From contig MU058198.1 in assembly GCA_013265495.1 (NCBI GenBank), forward strand, positions 4,479,779-4,543,778: a stretch of DNA of 64,000 nt, given 5' to 3'. Position numbers and translations under genes: made by a program. The stretch is from Vicugna vicugna. Its lineage: Eukaryota. Positions 10,701-23,116 of the stretch are shown here, piece after piece (the stretch's first letter is position 1; each line of letters opens with the position of its first letter). Below the pieces are notes generated by a model. The model was not told where the DNA came from. It saw only the letters and a program-made list of their open reading frames with translations, and did not search any database.

Positions 10701-13700
10701 CAAGGGGACAGGGCTGGGGGGCTGGCTCTGACTGGGCTGCTGGGGTGCGTGGGGGGTGGGGACTGTCCGATTCTTTTCCTGTTGCCTCCAGTGGGACTGG
10801 GTGGGCCCTCATACCGGGGAGGGGACAGTCAAAGGGCCCTTTGTTTCCTCCAAACCCACTCTGTTCTGTCCATGTCTGGACACAGCCCTTCCCTGGACAA
10901 ACCAGGAAGCAGAATTCAGAACTTGAGTTTTCTGTTCCTAAGTCCGTTTCTGGCTTCGATAATTTTATTTTTTAAAAATTCATTAATTCAACAAACATCT
11001 CACTAAGCACGGACTGAGGGTACAGGTTGCGTGTGGTTATTCTTGAGAAACCCCTGAATGGATTTCTCTCTGTGTTCTCCAGTTTGCCTGCCTTTAAACT
11101 GAGTTACTCCACCTTTGATGGGAGTAAATATTCAATTACTGGACTCCTCCTGTTCCGACAGGAAGGCTCGCTCTTTCAGCCCAAACTTCTGTAGCTTTAC
11201 ACGTCACTCCGTGGCTGGACTGCTTTCTTCCTCTCTGCCTGCCTGGCTTCCTTTTTTCTTTCTTCCCTTCTCTCTCTCTCTTCCTTTCCTGCTGTTCTTA
11301 AGCCTCAACCTTGCTTGGCGCGTGCCGAGGTCGAGGTTGGGGGGTGGGGAGGTGGAAGGAGGTGGAGGGGGCACCCCGTTAGCCTGGCTGGGGTTTGGCC
11401 TGTGGCTCTAAGCGCTGCCCATTGCAGACTTTGGCCCCAAACCCCGTTTTGCTGTCTTTCCTGCCCAGGTCTCCCTGTGCCCCCATTTGAGACTCCATTC
11501 CCCTGTCTGTTTAGAAGGGGATCCAGACCTTCCTGTTCTGATTCTCAATGTAAAGCAGTGTCCAGACTCCCCCCAGGCTGGGCCCCTTGCAAACTTGTCA
11601 GACATGGTGGAGACCAGGGCAGGGCAGTGGCTGCCGTTCACGGATGCGCCCTCCCTGCCAAGCACTTGACATAAGTCCTCTCCGCTCATCGCCCACCACC
11701 TCCCCAGAAGCCAGGGTCAGTCCCTGGAGAACACCCACTGCCTGGGCTGGGAGCTACTATTATTATCAGCCCACTTTACAGAGGAGGAAGCAGACACCCA
11801 GAGAAGGCAGTGACTTGCCCAAGTTCAGCTGGGCTGGGGAGCAGCAGAGCCCCAGATTTGGGTCCTGGGTCCAGAAGCTTGTCTGCTGTGCTGTCTTCCC
11901 TCCCCCGGTGCTGTGATGACCCCGAGGCCCATTTCCTGGGAAGACAGTGGGGTTTAAGCTTCAGGGCTCTCCTCCTTAGAAGGGGTCTTTCAGAGGGCTG
12001 GCAACGTAGTCACCTGGTTATACGTGTTTACGAAGTTGGTAAAAGGAAGATATTTTTGTATTCTTTCTCAAAGAGGGTCATCACAGTTCCATATACTTCA
12101 GGCCCACTGCACCTGGAACCACCGCTGGGTTATCCCCATTGTATAGGTGAGCACAGTGAGACTCAGAGAAGTCCAATAGCTCATGCAGAGCCCCACAGTA
12201 GGAACGGTGGAGCTGGGGGGTGGATCCAGATGTGTCTGCCTGCACACTGGCAGGACCCTCAGCTGTCTCTACCCTCCTCCATGAGGCTGAGTGACTGACT
12301 TCTCTCCATAGGCTGTGAGCCCCGAGGAGAGGTTCTGGAATGCGTCTGGGGCGGCCTTTGTGACAGTCCAGGAGCAGGGGCAGGTGGCGGGGGCAGTGGT
12401 GGCGGAGATCATCCTGACGACACTGCTGGCCCTGGCCGTGTGCATGGGCGCCATCAATGAGAAGACACAGGGTCCTCTGGCCCCGTTCTCCATCGGCTTC
12501 TCTGTCACCGTGGACATCCTGGCAGGGTGAGTGCCGCTCGGCCTTGGGACTTCAGTGCTCAGCCTGCAGCCGAGGCTTGGCTCTGGAGGTGGGCCGGCCT
12601 GTAGCGCTTACGTGAGGGTCATGGACTCAGCTGCCAACAGAAGCTGTGAAGGTAACGCCGGTGAGGGACATGGGCTGGCACTAGGCAGGCAACAGGGAGT
12701 GGCGGGGACTGTGGCATCCAAGGAGGCCACCGCCATGCCCCTCTGATAAGTTATTGCTGTGTGGGAACATGGGCTTGGGGTGACCCTTCTAGTTTCATTC
12801 CAGGGAAGGCAGAAGACTGGACTTTTATGTGAATTTTCTGTTTTGTAATATCAATAGAACATTTCTGCAGGCTGTGTTTATCCAGCCAACAGGCAGCCAG
12901 GTAGAGCCTCAGACTTACAAAGAGCTTCCACACCCATTGTCTTGTTTACCTCGAGCCTCTCAGCACACTTGGGACGGAATTAAGGAGACCAGGCTGGGTC
13001 AGGGATTATTTCTCCCCGTGTAGATATGAGGAAACGGAGGCTCAGAGAGGACACAAGTCACTTATTTAAGGTCACTGGGCAGTGGCAAATTAAGTGGCAG
13101 ATCTTGGGCAAGAGCCACTGTTAAAAGGGGATCAAGGAGACTCTCCCTAAAGTCCAATTCCTTCCTTTGTCTTGGACACAGAACCAAGTGTAGCCTTTCT
13201 GGGCTCTGCCCTCCAGGCCTCTGTGTCATCCTTTGGGAGGTAGAGCCTCGAGAGGGCTGGGGAAATGCGTGTGCAAAGCTGTGGCGGTGCTTTGCTGCCC
13301 CCTAGTGGCTTTTGCTTCACTTACAAGCCTGTTGACTAGTCCTTTCGGCATCCCGGTAGTGGCCATGACGGTCCAGTGAGGGGTGAGTGAATAGGGCAAG
13401 GGTACAGACACCAGGACTACAGAGGCTCACCTGGGGTACAGTCCCTCTAGGGGAGATGCTGGACCCCAAGCTTCTGGCGCAACAAAGTCTTCAACCGGGT
13501 CAGTTAAACACTTGCACGTGAGTTATATGCGAAACATGGGATCTGTAGACATTTTCGCATTCACTCCTAATCACCTATGAGATACATACTTTCACCTCAG
13601 CTGAAACCCGGCGAGCTTAAAGAAAACGCACAGCTAGAAAGAGCTGGGCTAGGTTTTCAATCTAGGTCCATTTGACCAAAAAGTGGACAACTGCTTGACT

Positions 13701-15404
13701 TTGCCTTATCAACTCTGGAGAGGGTCCAGATCCATCTTCTTGTCCTATCATCACGGAACAGGCACTCCTCGCTGGCCATCCTTCCAGAAGGGTGTGGGGG
13801 GAGTGGCAGACTGTATGCCCAGGGAGGAGTCAGGCCTTCCACTTCCTCGTGTTAAAAGCCTCTTTACCTAATAGTCTTCTTTGGAACCTCCCAGGGCCAT
13901 GACATGGTAGCTTAGAAAGGGGTCTGGAGTGTGCACCCAGGCCTAGTTGGCATAATGAACGTGGGTGAGTTGGGGCTCCCTGGCTGGGATTCTGGGGACC
14001 AGTGTGGCTGGGTGTTTGCAGGGGTGCTGTGTCTGGAGCCTGCATGAACCCTGCCCGTGCCTTTGGACCTGCTGTGGTGGCCAACCACTGGGACTTCCAC
14101 TGGATCTACTGGCTGGGCCCGCTCCTGGCCGGCTTACTCGTAGGAGCGCTCATCAGGTAGGAAGGTGACACGGGGTCATGACCCATCTGATGGACATGGC
14201 AAGAGTTCCCAGAGTGTCTGGGGCTAAGAGGGCGAGTCTCACTTGGGTTTGGAGAAGAGAGGAGGGAGCCTCCTTCAGAGGCAGAGATTATGGCTTTGGG
14301 ACCTTTGGTTACAAGTGGCAGAAATCCATCTGAACACAGCTTTCATCATAAAGGCGAACTCACTGGCTCACATAATTGTAAAGTTCACAGGTGGCACTGG
14401 CTGCAGGTGGGCACTCAGTGTTTTAGGGCTTGGTCCTTCTCATGGGCTCTGCTGTCCTCTATGTGGGCTTCATGCGTAGACAGGTTCTCCAAGAGAGGCA
14501 AAGCTGCCCACCAGGCACTCCAGGCTTGTACCCTTGCAGCTTAACAACTGCAGAGGAAACAGAACAGTTGTTCTAGCGAAAGTCCTGAGTCTGCTCTTCA
14601 CCGGTTTGGACTGGCCCAGCATGGGTCATGTCTACCTCTGAATCAATCCCTGTAGCCTTGGGACCAGGCGCTCTTACTGGCTGTGTCTGGAGCATGAGCC
14701 TAATCCTGGAGCTGGGGTGGGATCAGCCTCACCTGAACAACTGTATGGACTGAAAGTAGGGAGGAACAGCTCCCCACAGGGGTGTGTACAACTCAGGGGA
14801 CCTTAGCCACACAGAAAACCAGGTAAGTGGTGCCCCCAGAGCATGCATGTCAGGAGCCGCCACTCACATGAAACACAAGGTGAGCAGTGCTCCCTGGAGC
14901 TGTGCCAGGGACAACGATACTGATACTGTTACCAGAAGGAGAACATCTGCCTGACTGCTTCTCCTCCAGCTCTCCTCTTGTGAGCCTCAAGGATCCACAG
15001 GGTCCTGTCCCCTCTGCTCCAGGTCATGCAGGGATACAAGTCGGTACAGCCGCCGCTGTCTGGGAGAGCCACTGGGCTGGGCTGATCCAGACTGCTTGCA
15101 CAATTGTGCGTCTGCATTTCTGACAGCCCGTGGCTTAGTGCAAAGCATCACGAGTAATTCTCAGATGCTTTCAGGGTGGCAGAGATGGGCATCTCCAGGA
15201 GAAGGGCGGGAAACCCAGCAGGAAAGTCTCTCCCTCTCCCCAAGGAGATCTGGCTACCGAGGCTGGGAAGGCTCAGGAAGGCATCTCTCTGGAGAATTCT
15301 GGACGGAAACATCTGATGAAGGGCTGGGTCTCTCCATGGGGTAACTTTTTTGTAGGTTCCTCATTGGAGATGGGAAAACTCGCCTAATCCTGAAGGGACG
15401 GTGA
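7538..15404 (+). CDS. AQP8: Aquaporin-8, join(7538..7779,10562..10688,12312..12526,14022..14156,15356..15404), 255 aa from the first in-frame ATG
   Basis: Spliced ORF of 768 nt with all GT-AG introns in consistent phase; two NPA motifs (HFNPAV, CMNPAR); AQP8-specific [24 protein letters not shown] and C-terminal [13 protein letters not shown]. Confidence 0.97.
7905..8240. mobile_element. Two MIR fragments in opposite orientation (AQP8 intron 2)
   Basis: 'gggttcgagtcctggctcc...tgtggctttgggcaggtcact...ctgtgaaatggg' then 'catttaatcctcccaacaaccctgtggggtagg...ccccatttt'. Confidence 0.65.
9056..9166. repeat. Inverted pair of L2 3'-end fragments forming a 42-bp stem
   Basis: Arms 9056-9097 and 9125-9166 are reverse-complementary; both match the L2 tail 'agcacctagcacatagtaggtgctcaataaatatttgttga'. 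Confidence 0.8.
10562..10688 (+). CDS. AQP8: AQP8 exon 3 (first NPA, TM3)
   Basis: gacag|T-GGT-GGA-CAC-TTC-AAC-CCT-GCG ... GCC-AAG|gtgggt; 127 nt. Confidence 0.95.
12312..12526 (+). CDS. AQP8: AQP8 exon 4 (loop C with NAS sequon, TM4-TM5)
   Basis: catag|GCT-GTG-AGC ([13 protein letters not shown]...VDILAG)|gtgagt; 215 nt. Confidence 0.95.
14022..14156 (+). CDS. AQP8: AQP8 exon 5 (second NPA, TM6)
   Basis: tgcag|G-GGT-GCT ([16 protein letters not shown]...VGALI)AG|gtagga; 135 nt. Confidence 0.95.
14290..14790 (-). mobile_element. MLT1 (MaLR) LTR remnant in AQP8 intron 5
   Basis: 'ctttggttacaagtggcagaaatcca...actggctcacataattg' matches the antisense end of old MLT1 LTRs. Confidence 0.55.
15356..15404 (+). 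CDS. AQP8: AQP8 exon 6 coding part
   Basis: ttttgtag|G-TTC-CTC-ATT-GGA-GAT-GGG-AAA-ACT-CGC-CTA-ATC-CTG-AAG-GGA-CGG-TGA. Confidence 0.93.
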
Positions 15405-15819
15405 GGCTGAGATGGAGGGATTCCTGCTGCCCTCGGGGCCCTCGGTGCCCTCGGTGGACCCGTCCTGGACTGCAGACAAGACAGCTCTGCGTTCCCTGCC
15501 TGGCCAGAGCCCCTGAGGAGCGACCGCCGGGCTTCCCCTGACTTGGGCCTGGCTTCTCAGATGTGCTAAGGCCTTCAAATTCCTTTGTGCTCTTAAGAGA
15601 CCTCAGCCTGGGGAATGCGTGGCCAGCACGGCCCAGAGGGAGGCAGAAAGAGCACAACAGAAGAGCTTTTCTTGATGCGGAAGGTCCCAGGAGCAGAAGA
15701 ACGGTTGGAAGAGGTGGTTGTTTATGTACCTCAGCTCATTTCCCTCAGCCCTTTCCTTCTTCGTTCCCTGATTCCTCTGCCCTGTTTCCCGGCTTCCTGA
15801 GCTGTCAATCTAGCTTTGC

Positions 15820-15825
15820 AATAAA
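15820..15825 (+). terminator. AQP8 polyadenylation signal
   Basis: First AATAAA after the stop (about 415 nt downstream), followed by GT/T-rich sequence. Confidence 0.8.
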
Positions 15826-16689
15826 CGGTTCAGTGTTTCCTCCCGCGTGCCCACTGGCTGGCCTTTCCTTTCGGAAATGGACACGGCTGGGGAGGAAGCA
15901 AAAGTCCGGGTTGGGCCTCAGAGGCCCAGGGTCCTGTTAGCTGGAACTCAGCTTAGAGTCCAGCGCCGAGGTAGTTAGAGTGCAGATCAACCCGGAGCTC
16001 ATCTCCCTCTCAGCCAGACCCACTGGAGCTCTCTCCGGACTATTCCAGAATCTATTCCAGATCACAGACCTCAAGACCCCACTGAAAAGCCCACCGCAGA
16101 CTCCAGGGTCTGGTTCAGCTCCCAGCGTTTTCCAGGACATGGGTCGACCCCCTCACTGCACTCCAGTTGGGGATGAGGGCAAGGGTGGGGTTGGGGGTGG
16201 GCAGGGCTCCCAGGATTTCCCAAGGGAATGTATCATGTGGCATAATACAGGTCTGGACAGACAGAGGTATTTGGATGGAAGACATGAGTATATGAATAAG
16301 GATAGAAAGAATGAAAAGACATTCTGAACGTCACACCTCACCAGCAGAGTGTGCTTCTTCTCAGTGAGAATCTATGAGGTAATCCGTGGAAGATGGTCAT
16401 TATAACATCATAAACGGGTACTAGGGAAAAGTAATTCTCAACAGCAAACAAAGCTGTCACCCACTTCTCCCAGACGAGCAAAATACTGAGTGAAAATGGA
16501 GAAAATGCTCCTTGGAGAAAGTCACTGATATGCAGAGACTGCTTGTTGAGAAAATGGACACTATCTACCCAAACACCCACAATGTTTTGGAGGAAAAAGA
16601 GAAGGACAGACTTGAATATCAACAAACCTAAAGAAGAGAAAAGGGCTACTCAGCCAACACATGCTCAGTGACCTGAAGGTGACTGTAAA

Positions 16690-16930
16690 AACAGCTACTA
16701 ACACTGACTGGGCACTTCCTATACGCCAGGATCTGCTCTGCATTCCTCCCATGTGGTAACTTATTTCATCTTCACAACAACTCTAGGTACATAGTGTTGT
16801 TATTATTATTATTTTTATGTTACATGTGAGGCACAGAGAAGTCAAATTACTTGCTCAAGAGCACTCAGGCAGTGGCAGAGCTGAGATTCAAGCCCGGCTG
16901 GTCTGGCTCCAGAGTCTGGGATGTTACACT
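16690..16930 (-). mobile_element. MIR SINE
   Basis: 'tcttcacaacaactctagg...tgaggcacagagaagtcaaattacttgctcaag...agtggcagagctgagattcaagccc'. Confidence 0.7.
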
Positions 16931-17239
16931 GTTCATGTCGTCACGTCACCTACAGACATACAGCTGCGCTTACGGACAAAGAGCCAACAGCAACTCTTAG
17001 GGGAAAACAGAGAACACACACAACTGTTAACAGGGGAACTATGCAGTAATAAGCCAGGAACATCGAATGATGAGGGGGAACCATCAGGGTTAGTCAGGAA
17101 GGGAGGCATCTTTTCTGGAAGAACATCGCATAAGAACTTGTAATCTATCCAGCAGATCACATGAGGAGGGTGAGCAGGAAGGGACGGTGGCATCATGTGC
17201 TTGAAGGACCCGCACTAAGAGAGGAAAAGCAAATAACCT

Positions 17240-18703
17240 GACGAAGGCGTGACACTATACACAGGAAACCCTGAAGGCTCTGCACGAAAACTGCTCGGGC
17301 AGATCACACAGCCACCTCTCATCTGTGAAGCCTGCTGTTGTCTGTGGCAGTGTAATCCAATAAACTCCTTTTCTAGTCTAATCCTTAAAACCAAATAAAC
17401 TACTAGAGCTGATAAAAGAATTCGGCAAGGTAGCAGGATACAAGATTAACATGCAAAAATCAGTTGCATTTCTTTACACTGACAATGACATACCAGAAAA
17501 AGAAAGAATCCCTTTTAAAATCACATCCAAAGAATAAAATACTTAGGAATAAATCTGACCAAAGAGGCGAAAGACTTACACACAGAGAACTACAAAACAC
17601 TGATTAAAGAAATTAAAGGTGACTTAAAGAAATGGAAAGATATCTCATGCTCTTGGACTGGAAGAATTAATACTGTTAAAATGGACATAGTACCCAAAGC
17701 AATCTATGGATTTAATATGACCTCTACCAAATTACCCAGGACATTTTTCACAGAACTAGAACAAATAATCCTAAAATTTATATGGAATCACAAAAGACCC
17801 AGAATTGCCAAAGCAATACTGAAGAAAAAGATCAAAGCAGAAGGGATAACCCTTCCAGACTGCAGACAATACTACAGAGCTACAGTAATCAGAAGTGTGG
17901 TATTGGTACAAAAACAGACATATGGATCAAGGGAACAGAAAAGACAGCCCAGAAATAAACTCACAGATCTATGGTCAATTAATATTGACAAAAGAGGCAA
18001 GAATATACAATGGAGAAAAGACAGTCTCTCCAGCAAGTGGTGTTGGGAAAACTGGACAGCTACATGTAAATCAGTGAAGTTAGAACACTCCCTCACACCA
18101 TACACAAAGATAAACTCAAAATGGATTAAAGACTTAAATATAAGACAAGACAGTATAAACCTCCTAGAGGAAAACATAGGCAAAACATTTTAGGACATAA
18201 ATCTTAGCAATGTCCTCCTAGGGCAGTCTACCCAAGCAATAGAAATAACAAAAATTAACAACTGGGACCTAATTAAACTTACAAGCTTTTGCACAGCAAA
18301 GGAAACCATAAACAAAACAAAAAGACAACCTACAGAATGGGAGAAAATATTTGCAAATGATGTGACTGACAAAGGTTTAATTTCCAGAATATTTAACAGC
18401 TCATACAATTTAATAACAAAAAAAAAATCCAAAAATGGGCAGAAGATCTAAGCAAGCGACTCTCCAATGAAGACAAACAAATGGCCAAGAGACACATGAA
18501 AAAATGCTCAGTATTGCTCATCATCAGAGAAATGCAAATCAAAACCACAATGAGTTATCACCTCACACCAGTTAGAAAGGCCATGATTAAAAAGTTCACA
18601 CATAATAAATGCTGGAGATGGTGTGGAGAAAAGGGGACCCTCCTACACTGTTGGTGGGAATGCAGTTTGCTGCAGCCGTTATGGAAAACAGCCTGGAAAT
18701 TCA
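17240..18703 (+). mobile_element. LINE-1 ORF2 fragment (post-RT to C-terminal region), frameshifted, truncated at both ends
   Basis: Translations [60 protein letters not shown] are L1 ORF2p; several frame changes; no 3'UTR or polyA. Confidence 0.95.
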
Positions 18704-19763
18704 GAGGTCGCCTCTCTGGGGAGCCAAAGCTGCTGTTTCCCCTCCAAGTCCCTGGAGCCATCATGGGGTTTGGAGGTTGTGACTAGCTATGTTCCTTGTG
18801 GTGTCTGAAACCCAAAGCATTTACTCTCCGCCCTTAAAGTCTAATGTTTTAACTGGTTTAGAGGAATCGAAAACTTGTAGCCTTAGAGATTTTTTTTCCC
18901 TGTGAAGTCTCTCATCTAGTCCCCAGACCTGAGTCACTCACAGACCTAATGTCTGTTAAGGAACAGATCAGATGATCTCGTGGAAGAACTCTGACATGAC
19001 ACCTCATGTGAATATCCCGAGCTTTTGTCTTTGTTTCCTCCAAAAAAAGGTTACAGCCATTTACTCCAGGAAAACACAGAAAACGTACAGGGACTCTTCG
19101 ATCCTGACCTTGAGCCGTTGTGATTCTTGAGAACCTTGGTGCTACCGTGGTCGGCTGCACAGCATAGAGGTTCATAAAGTCCAGGTGAGACAGACACTGT
19201 CTGGAATCTACCTCACGTTCAGGTGAACCGTCTCTCTAAATCCGTCCTGTGGTTCTTCTTCCAGTTCCTATGGGGACAGTTGGAAATACACCCTAGCAAG
19301 TGGCAAAATCTCGATGCCGCTGTGACCCACGGACTGTGGCTGCCACGGGAAGAAGGGCCAAGTGGAGGCCACCTGAACTCTTTAAGCCAAACAGTAAATC
19401 AGAAGCAACACTGTGTCGGCGGGGAACAGCCAAGTCTTGTTCCACCGTGAGAGGCTGCAGGTGAGGCCTCGCCGGGAGTACAGGCGGCGTGTGCCTCCAC
19501 GGCGAATTTCGTTCTAGGATTAGAGCCACCTGTTATTTGGGACAAGGGCAGTGATCACTACCAGGACGCCGCTGCTGGCAAATAGCTGTGGACCCACAAG
19601 AGACCCCCACTGGCTGTGGGGGAGCAGCACCCGGGAAAGAGGCTGAAGTTCCCCTCAGCTGCTGGGACCAGCTTCTGTTATCTCTTGGATAAGTTCTCTT
19701 CCCTTAATAGAAGAGAGCCTTCAAATTATGGCAAAACCCAACGGGAGTCATTTACTTTAGACA

Positions 19764-19769
19764 TTTATT
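19764..19769 (-). terminator. Probable ZKSCAN2 polyadenylation signal (3'UTR about 3.35 kb)
   Basis: AATAAA on the - strand (TTTATT on +) with an upstream TGTA (CFIm-type) and downstream GT-rich 'gttgggttttg'. Confidence 0.6.
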
Positions 19770-22700
19770 TCACATACAAGTTTTCAAGAAGACATCTAAG
19801 TGAATATTTATATGGAACGACGAGTACAATGAGCAGACATACCTTCTACTCAGAACGCACTCAAGAGGCAAAGCTTACGGCTACACCAGTCACCCCGACG
19901 TTCCCCGCTCGGGGCCTCCCCAGCTCCCCGGGGCTGAGTCTTGCCTGTCGTTGGGCGCCACACCTCACCAAATAGGCTTTCTTCGCTGCAGCTACCTGTC
20001 ATTGCCCAAAACATTCCAGCAGCCTTGGCAATCACACTTGCTTCTCTTCAGATGAGGTACTCAGGCCCAGAGAGTCTGATGTGTCAAACAAGACTCAGAA
20101 AGTGTCCTTTGGCTTCTGGTCTAGTGCTCAGTCTACGGGGCAGGCAGCCCTGAGCTGTTTTAAGTATGCTGTGAAGTTTTCCTCTCTAAAAAAAAAAAAA
20201 ACAACTAAGGTTTCCTTCCAGATAGAGTCAGTTGTATGTGTAGTAAAATCACCAGTAAGAATCGAGGTCTTCATGGGAGTAACAAAATAATCCTAGGCAG
20301 GGATACAGGCCAGGTTCCAAAGTGCCTTGGGTAAGAGGTCAGAGAATAAAATGTCTATTTGTTTATACCACTTTTAAAAAAATAGGATTTGGGGCAATTT
20401 TTAAAGATACAAGACAGGATTAAATAAATATAGGTTTCAGGTAGTTGGTTGAGGTGAGTTGTAAGTTTTGCTTTTGTAAGTTTCTTTGTTCCAGCAGCTA
20501 GAACAAAGAAAGAAAAGCAGTAAGTTATAAACAAATAAACAAAAATCACAGTGTTTGTAAGGTAACCTTTTCTTTTCCCCCCAGCTTTAGGATCAGAGCT
20601 TTCCCTGGTACTGAGAGATAGGAAAAAAACTTTTTCCAATGGATCTTCATAAAGGCAATGTTATGTGATCTGAGTCACATTAATCAGAGTATGACTGTTA
20701 TTTTGACTTTCATGTGCCACCTGAAAAAAGATAAAATACAGTCTTGGTCTAAGATGGTGAGCAGGAATTTCTATTCAGAAGCAGAGACACAGTTCACTAA
20801 GTTAATTTTTAATACAAGTTCCAGTAGCCGATGGACAACTGGGAAACAGGTGAGGGGATCCAAATTCCACCTCAGCCTTGATCCCAGACACATGAGACAG
20901 ACAGAATCCGTCTCTTCCACTGGAGGCGGAAGGGGTCCTGAACCTCCCCTGCCACTGGGGAAATTTGGGGGGACAGAGGTACTGAATAGGATTTTAGGCG
21001 ATCAGAGAAACTCTTTCCACAAGTGAAGGTGATCGCCTCACTGACAAACCACTGACCTGCAATTGACAGGAGCAGAACAGGCACGGCCTTTTGCTGCAGC
21101 ACGTCCTCCATCTACGGCAAGTTCCTCGAGTGCAGGCACCATGCCTTTTCTTCATTTTCACACCCCTCACGTGCCTAGAACATAGCCTTACACACAACAG
21201 TGCTTCATAAATACTTATGAGTAAATCTACTTTCCTGAACCATGCTTTGATATAATTATCGCTCCTGGGTACGTATTACTAAGTGGTGATTTCTATTAAT
21301 GTGCATCTTCTCTAGAGGGGGAATTTCAGAACATCTACACAACACAAGCGCACGCCCGCCGGCACCACACACACCTTACTGTGCTAGGCACACTACCAAC
21401 ATGAAACTGCACTCACCATTAGAAGTCTGTAATTCAGACAACACAGAGGAAATCAACCTACTGAGATGTGAACAATTCTAACAGGTCTAACAAGTGTAAA
21501 TCAGATCACTGATCAATGTTTACCTGAGCCACCTGCCTTCCAACAGACCACACTCTATTCTGGCACCTAAGTTGGATTCCTTTCTCCACTGCCTACCCTC
21601 CTTGGTACTTCGTTAAACAAGTTTCAAAAGATTCAAACATACTCAGACGTCTTCAGATAGAAGAGGAGAGACAAGACCGAAAGAATGATCTACACACAGC
21701 CCTCACTCTGGTTCTCTTCCCCCTAAACTTATGACTTCCCCCTCCCCCAAGCAAAGCCCCCCTGAGGTTACCATCCTATGAAGGGTACAAATGCCACTGG
21801 CCCCATCCTGAAGTAACGCCTTGCATGACCAAGTTCCTGGTTTTCATGCACAAGGTCCGTAAATGAATTATGTCCCCACCTGAATCCGTCCTTCAGTATT
21901 TATCGGGCTAGTGCTGAGGGTTATCAAAGAGATTTTTCAGACCAGCAGGTAAATGGACTGGAAGTTTCTGTAAATATTTCTACCCCTCCTCAGTGAGCTA
22001 CAGAGTTGTATAAATTACTCAGAGCACTACAGTGAGGTTCATGATCCCACGAACAGGGACTAGGCTGGAGAGCTGGTCTGGATGGAGGTGGCTGTCTGCG
22101 CTAAAGCAGGACTAAGGAGTCCAGGAAACAGGAACGTTTCAGGTCTTTACCTCACTTCCTCCCTACCCACTGTGAGTTTTAGGAAACGATTATAATATTT
22201 TACTGAAGTGTGGGCTGGGAGGCATAAAATACGCCAACATCCCAGTCATGCCCTGATAAGAGCCAGAGGAGTTATAGGGTGGAAGTAGACTGGGTCTGAA
22301 ATTCTACTTTATCTGAGAGACACGCCATGAGCATGCATGCTATTCCATCTGAGGAGGGCACGGTAGTTCCGAAGAGTCGGATGAGGGCACCCAGAACAAT
22401 TAAGAGGTAAGTGCAGGACATAACGAGAAACAGTAAAAGGAATGGGATTACTTATAGGCTGGAGAAGCGGCCGCCGAGGGGGTTCAGCCTTCAGGTACAG
22501 AAAAGGTCAGTCCACAGAGGACGATGGGTGATGAGCTGCTTGTGCAGGACAAGGCATTACTTCAGCGACGACACAGATTCCACCCTGGCTATTTAGATCA
22601 ACTTCTTGACACAAAAAAGACACACCGCAACAGGAGAGGAAAACTGTAAAATCTTCCATCTCCTTTTGTGAATATCTTCAAAACCAAGATGGATCTGATG

Positions 22701-23116
22701 CGGTTCTTATCAGACTCCTGGACGTTCTATCCACACGTGAAACTCCGATCAAGTTGTATCCACGACCGCACGTGGTAGATAATGAAAACAACTTTGTGCA
22801 TTTTTTTTTCTCTCCTTGAAAACAACTCTCTCCTACACGGAGGGGTCTTGGATGTTGCTGGATTTAGCGAGCCCATCGCAGTGGCCTCAACAGAGAGGAC
22901 ACTCAGACTCGTTATCTTCGTCACTTTGTAAAGGAAACGTTGAGACACAGAGGAGAGGAGCAGACTGATCAAGTTAGAGGCAGAGGTGAGAACAGGATCC
23001 AAGCCTTCATTTTCTCAAGCTTATCTTGGCAATGACTCTTCATAGCTGAGATTGCCTCCAAGAGTGAGATTAGGGTAAAACGGCTAAAGGGTCATTTAGG
23101 AAGAGAAGAGATCGTG

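Noticed and set aside
17681..18786. Active or domesticated L1 ORF2
   Set aside because: Multiple frameshifts and stops; lacks the endonuclease, most of the RT and the 3'UTR
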